Source of the DNA: Podarcis gaigeae
Lineage: Eukaryota
Assembly (NCBI GenBank): GCA_964106915.2
Contig: OZ066919.1
DNA length: 64,000 nucleotides
Strand: one strand, 5' to 3'
Part shown: piece after piece, positions 1 to 14,190 of the stretch
Numbering within the stretch: position 1 is the first letter of the stretch
How the letters are laid out: each line of letters opens with the position of its first letter
Notes under the pieces: generated by a model
The model's input: only the letters and a program-made list of their open reading frames with translations
The model's database searches: none
Told to the model about the DNA's origin: nothing
Translations under genes and position numbers: made by a program

Positions 1-1669
1 ATAAATTTCAATGAGATTTAAGAGCAGCTAATTTTGCCTGAATTTGGGTCATTGATTACATCTTAAAGAAACCATTTTTGTGGGTTTTTAAACAAATACA
101 AGAACCATTAAACATTTATCCAGCAGTACATCTAATGGTGTTTGTTCTAGCCATTGACTTTAGACATAAACTTACATATTCAATGTTCAAACATATTACT
201 TTAACATAACCTCTCCACTGAGACTATTGAGCGGTTGGTGTAACAAGGATTTTATCTTATTACTTCAAAGAAAGTAGCCTCATCAGGCCTCTCTTCACCA
301 GTTCAGACTAATGAAACCTGTCCACATACATTTCTGGGCACACAAAAATCAATATCTGCACACAGATGCACCCAAATTGCTGTTTCAAAAGTTTCCTAGT
401 CTCCAGTAAATTGCTAAAGCCATCCTGTTGGCATTTTATACTTGGAGCAAAGGTCCCTGAACCAAACATTGGCAGATAAATAATGAATAAACAATCCAAA
501 CAATCCAGGTCTCAGAGTCAAAATTTATAAACCATGGAGCAATATGAAAGCACTCTTAGGAGTTTAGAAACTCGCAGTAAATGAAGTTCAACAAGCTGGC
601 GCAAGAACAGTCCTGCAATTAAAATTTCTGTAAGATGCAGTTTGTGGTTGGTTGGTGTTCCACCTGCCTTTTAGAAATCCATTGGCCAGTCTGAGTGCCA
701 ATCATGTCCCTGTATTGTATTCCTCCTTCCGCTCCCCCAGCTCCCACCTCACACTCCCTCACCCCCTGGGTGCAGGGCAGGAACTGGAATAATCCAATCC
801 ATAATTTGGACCCAATCTATATTTTTTTCCTAAAGCAAAACAGGATTTCAGAAGCATAGCAAAAAGCCCCAAATCAGGTTTTGGTCGGGAAAAGAAATCA
901 TGACACTTCCAAAGCAAAATTGAGGGTTTCCACTGATTTTGATGTGCCCAGAGTTTTACAATATCTCTGCCAGGCTGTCGCATTACTCCTTCCAGCTTAT
1001 TAAAAAGCAGAATATGTTTCTGTAAGAAAGCTTCTATCCATTTTTATTGCCAAATTACTCAAGGCCAGGCAGCTCACATAAAACTTATCATATCCAAGGT
1101 AAATTCCATGTGCACATCACTCCCTCAGGCATTTCACAAAAAGGTCAAGGTGGTTTAATTAGCAAGACCATCAAATGGATACTTAAATATTCTGAGCTCT
1201 CCCAGTCAAAGCCTTTAATGTTTAATAAGAACAACACGTGCCACTTTTTGGGGTGAAATTGTTTTTTTTTTAATCATTCAAAAATTATTAAATTCCTTGG
1301 TGCTTCCATTTCCATCTTGCCCTTTTATACAAATGGGGCGATGACTTAAAAAAATAAAGTGCCTTCGATTGATTTTTCATGTAACTGGGTGTAAAACGCT
1401 TTTAAAGTGGCTCATAAAATAATTTGGACCGAAAGGAAAAAGTAAAGGTCAGAACTTCACAATAAAAGAGTCTGCTCTTTCGTTGCCTTTGTCCTTGTAC
1501 AGGTAGAGCACCTTGAAACGTAACCTGCTAACGACTGCAAACACCCTTTGAGCGCTGCCTTGCTGAACAGGCAAGGACATCGCGGCACATTTTAAAGTAC
1601 AAGCTGCATCCAATTTAGGGCGGATAACACTGCCTGGGCCTCAGTGGGGTTTGAAAATGTAAGAGATTA

Positions 1670-1930
<261 letters not shown>

Positions 1931-2550
1931 TCAACAAGGTGGCATGAGGCGGAATACCGTATACCAAACCAACACTAGTTCCACTTCAAGTACCAGTCAC
2001 TTCCACAGCTTCCTCAATGGCACTGTTGGCAGATCCCTTGGGTTCAAGTCATCCTTTGTGTTGCCTTCACTTCCCATGGTCTCTGAAAATGATTGCCTTT
2101 GAAGTTTTCAAAGGAGGCACTGGAAGCCCCAGCTGCTCTGGAATTCATGCAGCGCCTTCATCAAGATGCCTGCACTTACTCAGTGGTGAGGAAAAGAGCC
2201 TGAACAGATGAGCCTTGATTCAACAAACCACAAGGGAAGGAAGATCTTTTGACACCACCCATTCCAGCTGAAGCTGCTTGTATCCCATAGAAATATGTTC
2301 CTTGAGGTTGTGGGACCACTCAGCGTGGGTGGACATGAGATGCGGAGCAACCATGTGGAGGTGGAAACTGGGAAGCATTAGGGACTCTGGTGCATCCAAG
2401 CGATGGTTGTGTGCACCGCCCTTTGTGTCAACTAACTCACATGTTCTCTTGCAAAAACTAGGCTCAGCCTCTGACAAACCCCAAGACGACTAACACCTGG
2501 AAAAGCATGCCCAGCAGTTCCAACCTTTACCTCCCAAAAAGAGAACCTAC

Positions 2551-2715
2551 CTGAAGATGGGGAATTGGGAGAGGTGTTTGGCAAGCGAAAAACGTAATAA
2601 ATATATGAGGTGAGGAGGTTGTTTCTGCCATGCTGGTCTTGGTTTCCTTCAAGGTTTTTGTGGAGTCTGTTTACAATAGAGGCCATGGCTTCAAAAGACG
2701 CTTGACCCAGATTTA
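2551..2715 (-). CDS. DOCK7: DOCK7 exon 21 (165 bp)
   Basis: [55 protein letters not shown]; tag/gtaggt. Confidence 0.95.
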
Positions 2716-3684
2716 CTAAAAATAAATAAATAAATAAAGCAGTTCAACATTTATCAATATAGGTAACCTCACTATCACAACAGCTTTTTTTTTTTAAGCT
2801 AAGCCCACATTCATTTCTCATGAAAAACATTTCCAGAGGAGCTTAAGTATTTTGAAATTTAACCCTTAGTGGGGAGAGTAAGCACTTGAATTATTAAGTC
2901 TTTCTAAGATGCTGAATAGTTTATACTGTATAGCATAAATTATAAGTTCCATCAAGGAATTGGGTAAGAAATGGTTCAGGCAGCATGCCAATCAGAAAGA
3001 CTGGAATCCAAATTGGTGCACTGTGGTCACAAAAAGGTTTTAGATGCAGCAGAGGTGTTTGCTAACGGAATAGAAAGAGAGATATTTTTTGCCATTTCTT
3101 CCTTCCCCCTACACTTCCCCCCATTCCACCTTCCACCCTGTTCTGGAAGATCTCTCAACTGCCTGAAGCTGAATTTTTTTAAGGTGCTAGGAGTGGCAAA
3201 AGGAAAGAAATCGCTTCTCCTCCTCATCCATTAATGGACACCCCCACTGATCAAAGGACACCAACTGGAAATCACTAACTGTCGCAGTCAAAATGTTTAG
3301 CTCCCTTCCATTTCAATCCTCTACCACAGCTAACAAGCATACATATGTGATACATATGAAAAGGTATTGAGATGGATGGGGAAATGTTACATGTATCATA
3401 ACTGGCCAAATATAATACACTGTTGTCCCTGGGATGACTTCATAGTAATTTCAATTATCCGCACTACAGTACAAAGGAAAAGGCACTGAACGTCAAGCCA
3501 GCTCTGGCGTACTCTATTGAGAGTAACACAGAAACACACACATGGTGAACTCCAAACATCTCCTAATTCCATTCATCGAGACTTCCAATCAATGATGGCC
3601 CCCAAATGTTACAGGTGAACAATGAAAGCATCCTTGAACATGTCCATGAAGAACAAAAGGGCTACATGTGATTATGGCAGTTTA

Positions 3685-4029
<345 letters not shown>

Positions 4030-4170
4030 CTAAGTCATGTTACTTCAAAAGCGAATTATATCCTTTGTCTAAACAAAAAATACATTTCTCTGTAAGTGAG
4101 AGAGATAGGAGAAATTATATCTAGATTGGATTCAAGCCTTTCTCAGGTAGGGACTGCTATGAATACATAC

Positions 4171-4257
4171 CTGTGTATGAATAGATGACACAGCAACTAT
4201 TTCTACATTAAAAACTCCCTTATGGTTATCTACCCACTTCATTCCAGGCAGCGGCAC
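4171..4257 (-). CDS. DOCK7: DOCK7 exon 19 (87 bp)
   Basis: [29 protein letters not shown]; cag/gtatgt. Confidence 0.96.
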
Positions 4258-4454
4258 CTGAGGGTGGGGAGGAAGCAAATAATAAAAGCATTCAGGAGTC
4301 TGATTACAAAGCAGAAAAATCAATTACAGATAGGTCTAGCAAAAGCAGGCACTCCATTCAATATTAGACATGGAAGATATGAACATCTTTTAAAGCTTGC
4401 TGTCTAAGTAAGGAGTCAGAATATTTCAGATGCCTACTGCTTAAATTGTCATTA

Positions 4455-4577
<123 letters not shown>

Positions 4578-5359
4578 TTAACGGGGGGAAGAAGGCAAAA
4601 TATCTCATTTGTACACAGGGTATGTCCAATTCATCCAACGTAATAATAATAAAACTTATCTGAAGGTACAGGCTAAGAACAACACACTATCAGAATCACA
4701 AGGATTTGCGTTCAAGAGTGTATGGACTTTGTGTTGAGTGGTATATGCTCCAATTCTTACTTCAAAACAGGGTTGCAGGCCACAACCCCAGAGGCCTCCA
4801 GGTTCTCCCCAGGCCACGCCCCCTTTCCCCAGGCAGTGCCCCTCACTGGCCCTGCCCTGCATCCTTCTTAAGTGCCTTTGCCTTGCTCGTATTAGTCTCT
4901 GAACGGTGATAATGCCTGTATGGTGCTCTGATTTTTGCTGGGCTGGAATGGAGTCTACTGGACAAAGGCAAGAAACATCTGTTGCTGCAGAAACATTTGG
5001 CCCTGGCCCCACCTGCCCCATGCATGCACCCCCCAGAAGGCTGGCCATGAGGTAACGTGGCCCTTGGTTTGAAACAGGTTCCCTACCGCTGCTCTAAAAG
5101 GAAGAGGCAGAGGGAAATATAAGACTAAAAAATGGAAAGCATGAAAGGAACGCTTCAAACTAAAGTGGGAACACAAAGGTTCATTTTTATAGAACAAAAC
5201 TCAGAATAAACCCAAATTGTATTATTTGTGGTCCACAAGAATATATCTTTCTGTCCACTGCCAGCTTGTCTCTGTTCTTGTTCCCACAGTGGGTGGTCAC
5301 TTTCAACCTTGTCACATGATGCTGAGATCTCAGTGACATCAAAGAGTCAGAAATTACTA

Positions 5360-5671
<312 letters not shown>

Positions 5672-5981
5672 TCATCTGTAAGTATAAAGCTTTTGAAGCC
5701 TCCTTTGAAGCCTAGAATACACCCATGCTTAACTGCCTGCTGCTCTTCTGCATTTAAATAGAATCTTCTGATGTGAGAAGCATAAAGAAAAAAAGAAGAA
5801 TTTATAATTCCCGCTTAGTTCCCTAATTCCAGAAAACCAAATTCTATAAGACCTTCAGGTGAATTTAGCATTTCTAAGATAAGAGGCAAATTTGCATGAT
5901 CAAATCTTGGTTTAATGATACAGGGATGCTATTCTTTAAATATTTAATGGCCTGTTTGTTCTCTCTTAGCAAGTTACAGAC

Positions 5982-6032
5982 AAGCCTGTAGCAAGCCTGA
6001 GAAGCCTGTAGCAAGCCTTAGAAAGCCTGAGA
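5982..6032. repeat. Short AAGCCT-based tandem repeat
   Basis: aagcctgtagc aagcctgag aagcctgtagc aagccttaga aagcctgag. Confidence 0.85.
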
Positions 6033-7486
6033 AACGGTAAACCACTACGGTACTTTACAGTAAGATAAATGTACTCATGACTCAGCGAAGATCAGAAGTG
6101 CTTTGAGCACCTTCAAAACATATCACAGCACTCTGGAAAATTCCTTGCCCTGCTCCCCAACAGCATCAGCTACGAGCTCAAGGAAGAGAGCTGACCTTGT
6201 ATGTGATGAACACCACTTTGGAGACAGTGTAAATGTTCAGAAATGCAGTGCAAAATAGATGAACCCAAACTCTTATTGGAGCCGAGCCAGTCTCACATTG
6301 TGCAGATGAGCACCTTTGAAGCCCTCCCCTGCTCCCAGTGGGGAGGGACAGGGTCCTGGGATCCTCCAATTTTTGCTGGCTGATCAAGCCCTGCCTACCT
6401 AAACCAGCCAAAATTTATTGACCCTTTTTCTAAGTGCTTTGCTAGAATACTTGGCATGCCACGAGGATCAAGCTGCATGTGATTTAAAAGTCAAAAGAAT
6501 GACAAATCCCTGAAAAAGCCAAATAACATATAAATGAGATTTGGACACTTTAAACCTTAATAGGATTTGGGCACTTTGGCCTCAGTCCTAAACCACTTTT
6601 ACCCTTCATTGGGCTCCATCCAATATATTCCACTATTAATAGCTTGAAGAGGAAGACAAAAATTCCGGACATAATTACAAGAAAAAAATATTCCTCACAA
6701 ACTAAATAAACTTTAAACCCAAATAAACTGAGTATTGGGTCAAGTTCCATTTATGAATGGAATGTCTACCAATTGCAGGATTTAATTTTTAGATGTACTG
6801 AGTATCTGATTCAATAAATAAACAAACAAGCAAGCTCAGTGCCTTTTGAAAGACAGACCATATTGCAAGGTTATCTGTTGCCAGGACTTTTTGAATTTGT
6901 CATTCCAAAGCATAAATTTCAATGTCAGATTCTTCATCCAAAATATATTGTGCATGATAGTACAATACTCATATTATAAAAGTTTATATATATACACCAT
7001 CATAAGGGCTAGATTTTCTGTATTTAGACATAGCGTATGTTTACAAACAACACAGCGAAAGCATTAGTGCCATGGTGGTGGTTGGTTTCATGAAACGGAG
7101 AGCACCTGAGAAAAAAATCCTACATAAAGGCTGATGCAGTGTTCATGTACTTGACATGCCATGCTCCCCATAGGATTCTTAAAGAAGTCTAAATGCCATG
7201 CTTTGCATCAGCTGCCAATCAAAGGATCAATACACATAGTGACAAAACCATTATCAAAAAATGGCATCTCCATATGGTACGGGTTGACTATATGTATGTA
7301 TCCCACATTACATTGTCCACGGACCAAGAGGACTGCAGAATCATCAAGGCCTTCATCACTGTTTTGCTTTATACTTAAAAGCACCATACACCTAGCTATT
7401 GGTACACTGTTGTAACCACTACTGTCTTGCTTCCAATTTTAATTGCATTATGCACATAGTGCCACATGACGTCTTTTGCATTTTAC

Positions 7487-7557
7487 CTGTTATGATACAC
7501 AACAGCTGTATATGCTTCTTTTGAAAATTCAGCACAGCTGGATTTTCCAAATATTAC
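7487..7557 (-). CDS. DOCK7: DOCK7 exon 16 (71 bp)
   Basis: [24 protein letters not shown]; cag/gtaaaa. Confidence 0.95.
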
Positions 7558-8489
7558 CTGCAAAAGGAAATAAAACAAGACAATTTAACATTGCTTTTGA
7601 GTTCTAGAAGTTAGGCTAAGAGCCTAGAGCCTTTACCAACATCATTGAAATGTCGGTGAATTTTGCCAAGGCAAAATGAACACCAGAACCTCTCCTGGTA
7701 AGACTACATTTTATATAATTGTGATGCACGTCAATTTACACAATGATTACAAACAGAAATTGGGCAGGAGGTGATTTGGCTGGAATGATGGTTGCTACAA
7801 TTTCATAAGAGAGGGGATCCATTTCTCTGCTGCACATTAAGCAATGTTGGTTGTATGAGCATCGTAGAAAAGAAATGGCAAGAACTACATAAGCACAAGC
7901 CCAAATGCACCATGAAGTTTGAAAGCTTAGATTAGGCTTGCGTAGGGCCTCATGATTGTGGCTCTCCATAAAGGAGTTTTCTCAGCAATGGCCACTCAAT
8001 TGTGAGACTGTCTAGTTGAGGGTCCTTTACAATGTATAAAAGACCTTTGAAGACAGCTCTTTCCTCACCAGCTGTTAGTGGGTAACACTGTCTTGAGGAT
8101 TTTGTGTTGTGGGTCCTTGGATTTTAATGCTGCTTTTCTCATTTGAAATGCATGGAGCATATGTTTCTCCAATTCTTATATTTTATTTGTATATTCTAAT
8201 GTGTGTAAAACAATCTTAGATGCTGTGGAAGCCACTTTGTAGAGAAGACTTCTAAAAAAGTGGGGTATAAATTTATTCAAATAGTAAATAAATTAGAGGA
8301 AACAACATGTCATAAAATAACATGTCATAAATATTTAAATTTAATATAAACTATGCTATATTTCTGTTGGGCTTGCAGAAAGGATAGGAAGCAACACTGA
8401 GTCCAAAGCAGACTACTCAGGCTAGATCCACAGAACACCACATGTACCACACATCCAACACATGAAAAACAATTGAGGCACCAAAGTCA

Positions 8490-8690
<201 letters not shown>

Positions 8691-9016
8691 TCATACAATA
8701 ATGAAGATATACCAAAGTGTCTTGGGCATCAGTTATAAACTATTGGAGCAATGTAGCAGTGTGTTGTGGGAGGCCAACGATGCACATTATTGCATCTTTT
8801 CTGCCTGCTTTCTTATACTTCTGAAACATAAAAAATGCAAAGAGAAATCATGTAAGAGAAGTAGCCTGCAAACAGGAAAGGAAAACGAGAGTCAGAATGC
8901 ATTATTTCTCAATATATCTTTGCCCATTTTGACATGACGCATCTACGTTTTACCATTTGGCTTCACTGGGTCACTTGCTACAGATCCTCCACCAATGGTT
9001 TGGCATATACTATATT

Positions 9017-9147
9017 CAAGGCATAGGCAAACTTTGCCCTCCAGATGTTTTGGGACTTCCATCATCCCTAGCTAACAGGACCAGTGGTCAGGGATGTTGG
9101 GAGTTGTAGTCCCAAAACATCTGGAGGGCCGAGTTTGCCTACACTTG
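9017..9147. mobile_element. Fold-back hAT-type MITE
   Basis: Inverted arms ggcaaact..ccctccagatgttttgggact / agtcccaaaacatctggaggg..agtttgcc. Confidence 0.75.
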
Positions 9148-10707
9148 CCATATTCCATATTCCACTGAGCCACAACTTCCCTGACTCACCACGACACTCC
9201 ATTCTCAATGGGTTGCTTCCAATGGCTCATATTCTCCAAACAGACAGAATCTCCCTCTGTCAGAGGAAGGAACCTTCTGTTGTCAGTAGCAGACATACCT
9301 TCAAATCAAACCCAATAGATTTTGCTACACAGAATGGTGGACTACAGAGTCACATTATCTTTCTGCATTCCATACACTGCAGCAAGCTGAAGTGAGCAGA
9401 TAGGGCATTCTTTCTGTTTCAAAGGAAGACCTTCATGCTGAATTAAGCGCCGGAATTTCATCCCCATTGGTCATCTGGCTTAATCAATGTTCTCTTTATT
9501 ATTTCTGCAGGCGGCTGCTGAAATACTTCTTTTTCCTCCTTTTTTGTGGCTCTCCTAAATTACCTCATTCTGGCATGAATACATTTGCTCCTCAACGTGC
9601 TTTTTCAAATAAAAATGGATATGAAAATTTACTTTAAAATGTTCTTTTCTCATAAAACTTTCATTAAGTGTTATTAGTAGCTTAAGAGAGGGATTTAAAT
9701 GTATTTGCGAAGCCAAGCTGTGTGATCCCTATATTAAGAACAGTGTTCTTCTGGGGACTCATATTGGTACTGGCCATTAAAAAAAAAAAAAGGACTTATG
9801 CCCTTTGCACTCTTCTTTGGTGATATTTTCTCTTAAGTACAGGTGAGGAACCTTTCTATCCAAAGCGAAACTGTTTTGGTTAGAAGGTTAAAAGTTTCTC
9901 CTTCTGTTCAACATGCATCTATTTGCTTTAAAAAGCTCAGCAAACAGAATCCCGGCCCGGGGTTGACAGTGTTGCAAGAGGAAAAGAAATGAAGAGTTAA
10001 AACCCCACAACTTGCATCCAATAGGACAAATGCCATCATACTTTCTCGTGACGATCCTGGAAGTGATCTTCTTTCTCCCTTCCAGGCTATGTCTCTGTCC
10101 TTGTCTTTGCAGTGAATTATCTCTTTAAAACCCTACACTCTTCATATAGCATTCTGCCAGTGCATGGTATATTTTGTAATAGGTCTGACCTTCTTATAGT
10201 GTACTCCTACACATGAACTTTTCAGAGTCTTATAAATCCCTTACAGCTTTATATCCACTTTGGGGTATGGAGGAAATCATTTTTGTTTGAATAACATGGT
10301 GGCCCCCTTCTTAATTTGCATATACTCTCCCTTTTCAGCCTTTATTATGATCCACACGGATGCCAACCACCAAGAAGGAATGATGGGCCAAGCAAGGAAA
10401 GATCAGAAGTCCCAGGCTCCCCCAGCAGCCAAGGCAAAAGAAGGCTATGCATCCTTGAAGGAGATCAAAGTGGAGGTACAGTACTCCTATAGCTGAGGCC
10501 AAAACATACAAGTTGTCTCAGCAAGGTCCTTGAGCAACAGGTCAAATTTTATAGGAGGGCTAGGTACTCACTGACTAGAAGCCTCACCACTTAAGTACTG
10601 CCTCCAGCTGATCTCTCCTCACAGCTGATAAAAAAAAAGTCCCCATCATAAATGGCTAGTCAGGTAGGTTTGTCTGTTTCGATGTCCAAAAAGCCTAACG
10701 AGGACAC

Positions 10708-10781
10708 AGGTTACACTCATTTAAGTTTAATGATCAACTACCTCAACTTGACTTTTCAGGTCTGAGCAGCACATATTTATA
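10708..10781 (+). promoter_or_regulatory. Putative ANGPTL3 proximal promoter (DR4-like AGGTTA half-site, HNF1-like site, TATA-like box)
   Basis: AGGTTAcactCATTTA 10708-10723; TTTAATGATCAAC 10726-10738 (2 mismatches to GTTAATNATTAAC); TATTTATA 10774-10781, about 95 bp upstream of the ATG. Confidence 0.55.
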
Positions 10782-10874
10782 GGCAAACTAAGTTGCAAGG
10801 ACTATCACATAGAAAGGCTAACAGCAGCTTGGAAAAGATTTTCTTCTCCAAAGGCTATCATAAGCAGAAAGAAA

Positions 10875-11363
10875 ATGAAAATAATACTAGTATTACTCTT
10901 CATAATTTCTCTAGTTGCTGCAACAAGACTAGATGGAGATGAGTTTTCCTTTGTACCAGAATCTCCTGAGCCAAGGTTTGCTATGCTACATGATGTGCAA
11001 TTACTAGCCAACGGGCTGCTCCAGCTTGGGCGTGGCCTTAAAGACTTTGCCATCAAGACCAAAGGCCAGATGGATGATATCTTTCAGAAACTTCACCTTT
11101 TTGACCAATCTTTTAATGAGATCTCGAAACAAGCCAATGAGATAAAAGAAGACGAGGAACAGCTAAAAAACACTACTTCTATGTTGCAAGTCAATAACGA
11201 AGAGATAAGGAACATCTCTGTGGAGCTGAATTCCAAGATAGAAATACTTTCACAGGAGAAGATTCAACTTCAGGATAAAGTAGGGAAGCTGGAAGAAAAA
11301 ATAAGCAAATTGTTTCAGACCCAGATTGAAAATCAGGAGCCTGACGAAATTGCATCACTTAAA
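10875..11363 (+). CDS. ANGPTL3: ANGPTL3 exon 1 CDS (signal peptide, SE1 motif, coiled coil)
   Basis: MKIILVLLFIISLVAA signal peptide, then RFAMLHDVQLLANGLLQLGRGLKDF; ends IASLK|gtaagt. Confidence 0.96.
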
Positions 11364-11702
11364 GTAAGTAGCAGGTATGGAATAGATTTAATATTGCCAA
11401 AGTTACCTGAAATGGTTTCCAGGCTACTGATGGAATCCAAAGCTCCAAAGTAAATTATGACCTTGTTGCACTAATATCAGTGATGTAAAATATACTTTAT
11501 CTAGCAGCTGTTTCATACAGTTTCACTTTGTTTCCAGTGATAAGTAAAATTAAGATGCTAAAACGTTTTAAAAAATTAAGATGCTAAATTAGATCACTCT
11601 TTGGGGAAGGAATAGCCAAAACATCCTTTGCAAATCAGGTCAATTTGTGTTCAGGTACAAATTGTACAGTACAGTATAGGAAAATGTTCTGATGCCTTAG
11701 AG

Positions 11703-11814
11703 CAGTACTCTCCAGATGTTGCTAGACATCACCTTGACTACTGGCTATGCTTGCTGGGGCTGATGGCAGTTAGGAGACCAACAATATCTGCAGGCACCAT
11801 GTTGGATACCCCTG
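11703..11814. mobile_element. Degenerate fold-back hAT-type MITE
   Basis: ctccagatgtt...caacaatatctg...cccctg; same family as 19756; boundaries approximate. Confidence 0.55.
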
Positions 11815-12901
11815 CTATGATGATAATCATTTTCTTATTTATACCCCACCCATCTGGCTGGGCTTTACAGTGCAAACATTTTCCAGTGCAAACTGCCCTT
11901 GTTTATGCACAGGAATGTTTTCCACTTCAAACATTTCCAGGAAAGCCACATCACTGCATTTTGAGGAATGAAATGAACGTGGTTATCAAGAAAGTAACAA
12001 CTGGTTCTTTACTGTAAATTTGTTCCTAATTTAATCCACGGAATATCTAGAGAACAAAAAAATGGCTCACGTATGCTCTGTGCTTTACCAAAAAGCAACC
12101 ACAAGAAGATGAATTATTTTAACAAAAGCCAGGGATGGTCAGTGTTCTAAACATGTAAGCCATATGCTTTTGCACCTAGAATTTTTTTTCTGGACAGTCC
12201 ATAAAGGAGGATAATCAGAGTACCCTGGGTGGCTGGAACCGCTTCCCTTTCATAACGTAAGACTATGACATAGGAAAGGCTCATTTATTTTAAAATATTT
12301 GTACTTTTCACAGCTTGTCCTTACAAAATTTAAAACAGACTGCTGTTTTAAAAATAATAATTCCACAATCAACACAACGAGTAACTTAGCTGCAATTGAT
12401 AATGTATCAACCAAGTGCCAAAAGCAACATCAGCAAAGCGGCAAAAGATCATGAAATAATCTAAGCAAAAAGCCTAGAAAAATGAAATGGTGTTCAGCTG
12501 CTGCCCAAACAATAAAAGCACAAGCACAAAGCATACATTTTTGGGGCAGGATGTCTCCAAGATATGGCAAAACTACTAAGAGCAGATGGAGCAGGGCCTC
12601 TCTGATGACAGTTCACTGAGTAACTTTGTACAAGATGGTCAGGTTTGTATGAGTTGTTGCTGAAGTAGAAGGAAGTGGCTTATGAATTCAGCCAGCCAGC
12701 CAGGGGAAAGGAAATAGAAGACAATCAGGACTCAAAGGGTAGGAATGAATTAAGAGTTTCTCCATGATGGCCAGCAGTGGTGTACACACCAGTACAAGAA
12801 GGGTGCATCAGGTGTATTTGTACTGGGATTCTCAAAGACTGAATTCCTTAAACTTCCCTTTGGATATCAAAGGTCCTTTCCAGCTAAATGACTGCTTTTT
12901 T

Positions 12902-12999
12902 AGGGGGTGAGATGGGGTGGGATGCCAAAACAGATAATAAAAGCAAGTCCAGGGGGTGAGATGGGGTGGGATGCCAAAAAAGATAATAAAAGCAAGTCC
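12902..12999. repeat. 49-bp tandem duplication
   Basis: agggggtgagatggggtgggatgccaaaa(c/a)agataataaaagcaagtcc x2, one mismatch. Confidence 0.95.
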
Positions 13000-13468
13000 C
13001 AGTCACCAGACAGCAGCTTTGCTTCAGTTCCAAGAAACCAGCTCTTAATCCATTGCTTTTTTAGGGCAGAGTACAGGATCCATAGATTATGAAGCAAAAC
13101 AGGATTGTTGCATGATTTGACTATACAAAACCATCCCTCCAAATAAGATTGAGGATATACCTTCTACTTCTGTTTAGCATGGTAAGACAACAGCCTTTGG
13201 TGAAATTGGCTTGCACTGAAAGGTGCCCTTCTCCTAGCAGAAAGCCTCCTGCAAGTTGTAGTCCACCAAAATCTGGAAGGCCACAAATTCCCTATCCCTG
13301 GCCTGGATCCTCTGTTCTCTGCATATTTCTCATGCTGTAAACACTGACTCCACATTGAAATACATCAGCCAGAGCTTGATCAAGAGTTCATGGACCTGCA
13401 CTATTAAATTTTCTCCTTCTATTTCATGGTCCTTTGAAACCAAGCCACTGTTTATGTTCTCCATGCAG

Positions 13469-13579
13469 AACTTCGTCGAGCAGCAGGACAACCACCTCAG
13501 ATCCCTTCTCAAAAGAGTTCAAGCGCAGCATGTTCAAATTGGCAAACAACAAGAACAAATAGAAGACCTGGAAGAGAAG
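13469..13579 (+). CDS. ANGPTL3: ANGPTL3 exon 2 (111 bp)
   Basis: NFVEQQDNHLRSLLKRVQAQHVQIGKQQEQIEDLEEK; cag/gtaaca. Confidence 0.94.
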
Positions 13580-14190
13580 GTAACATTGCTGCTTTACCAA
13601 TGTCCTCCTCCAAATGTTTTCGGGGACATTAGGTGATTTTTGAGACAGCTGGGAACTGAGAAAGAGGTAAAGAGTGCAGAAATTGGGAGAAATAAAGAAC
13701 TAATGGAAAAAGTACAAACTACTGAATAAATAGCAAAGTGGACAGGGAATAACGCATCTTACACGATGATTTAATAATTTCAATACATTTCCATCATGCT
13801 CTAAGATAATTTGTGGACACTATGTGTCTTCGCTGTGTATTCCCAATGTAGCTCCAGGATTGGAATGGAAAAATAACATTTCCTTGTTGTATTTCAACTT
13901 GAAAAATTTCAAAAACACCTTCTTCAGCTAACGATCTTTACCACTCTTGTGGTAAAAGAAATTGGGCACGCCCCACACATGACTGTAGAAAGGTACTGGG
14001 GAGGGGGAATGCTTCATTCTCAGGAATTCTCTTGTAAAGATAAGAGGTCTCTACCATCAGTAAACCACTTCTCCCCATTTTGTTATCTCAATATACCTGA
14101 GCTCCAAAATATCAGTAGATGAATGATGAACTTTATTAACAAAAAACAGACTACTACTACTACTACTAATAATAATTCTCTGCCCCCCAG

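Noticed and set aside
5982-6032. Short repeated units resembling a repeat-spacer array
   Set aside because: No unique spacers and a eukaryotic intron context; this is an ordinary slippage repeat, not CRISPR.
10260-10496. 78-aa ORF with KDQKSQAPPAAKAK, superficially like a ribosomal protein tail
   Set aside because: Only low-complexity resemblance, a TTG start, and no other retrocopy hallmarks.
11364-11453. C-terminal 29 aa of the 192-aa ORF 10875-11453
   Set aside because: Read-through into intron 1 past a consensus gtaagt donor; not part of ANGPTL3.
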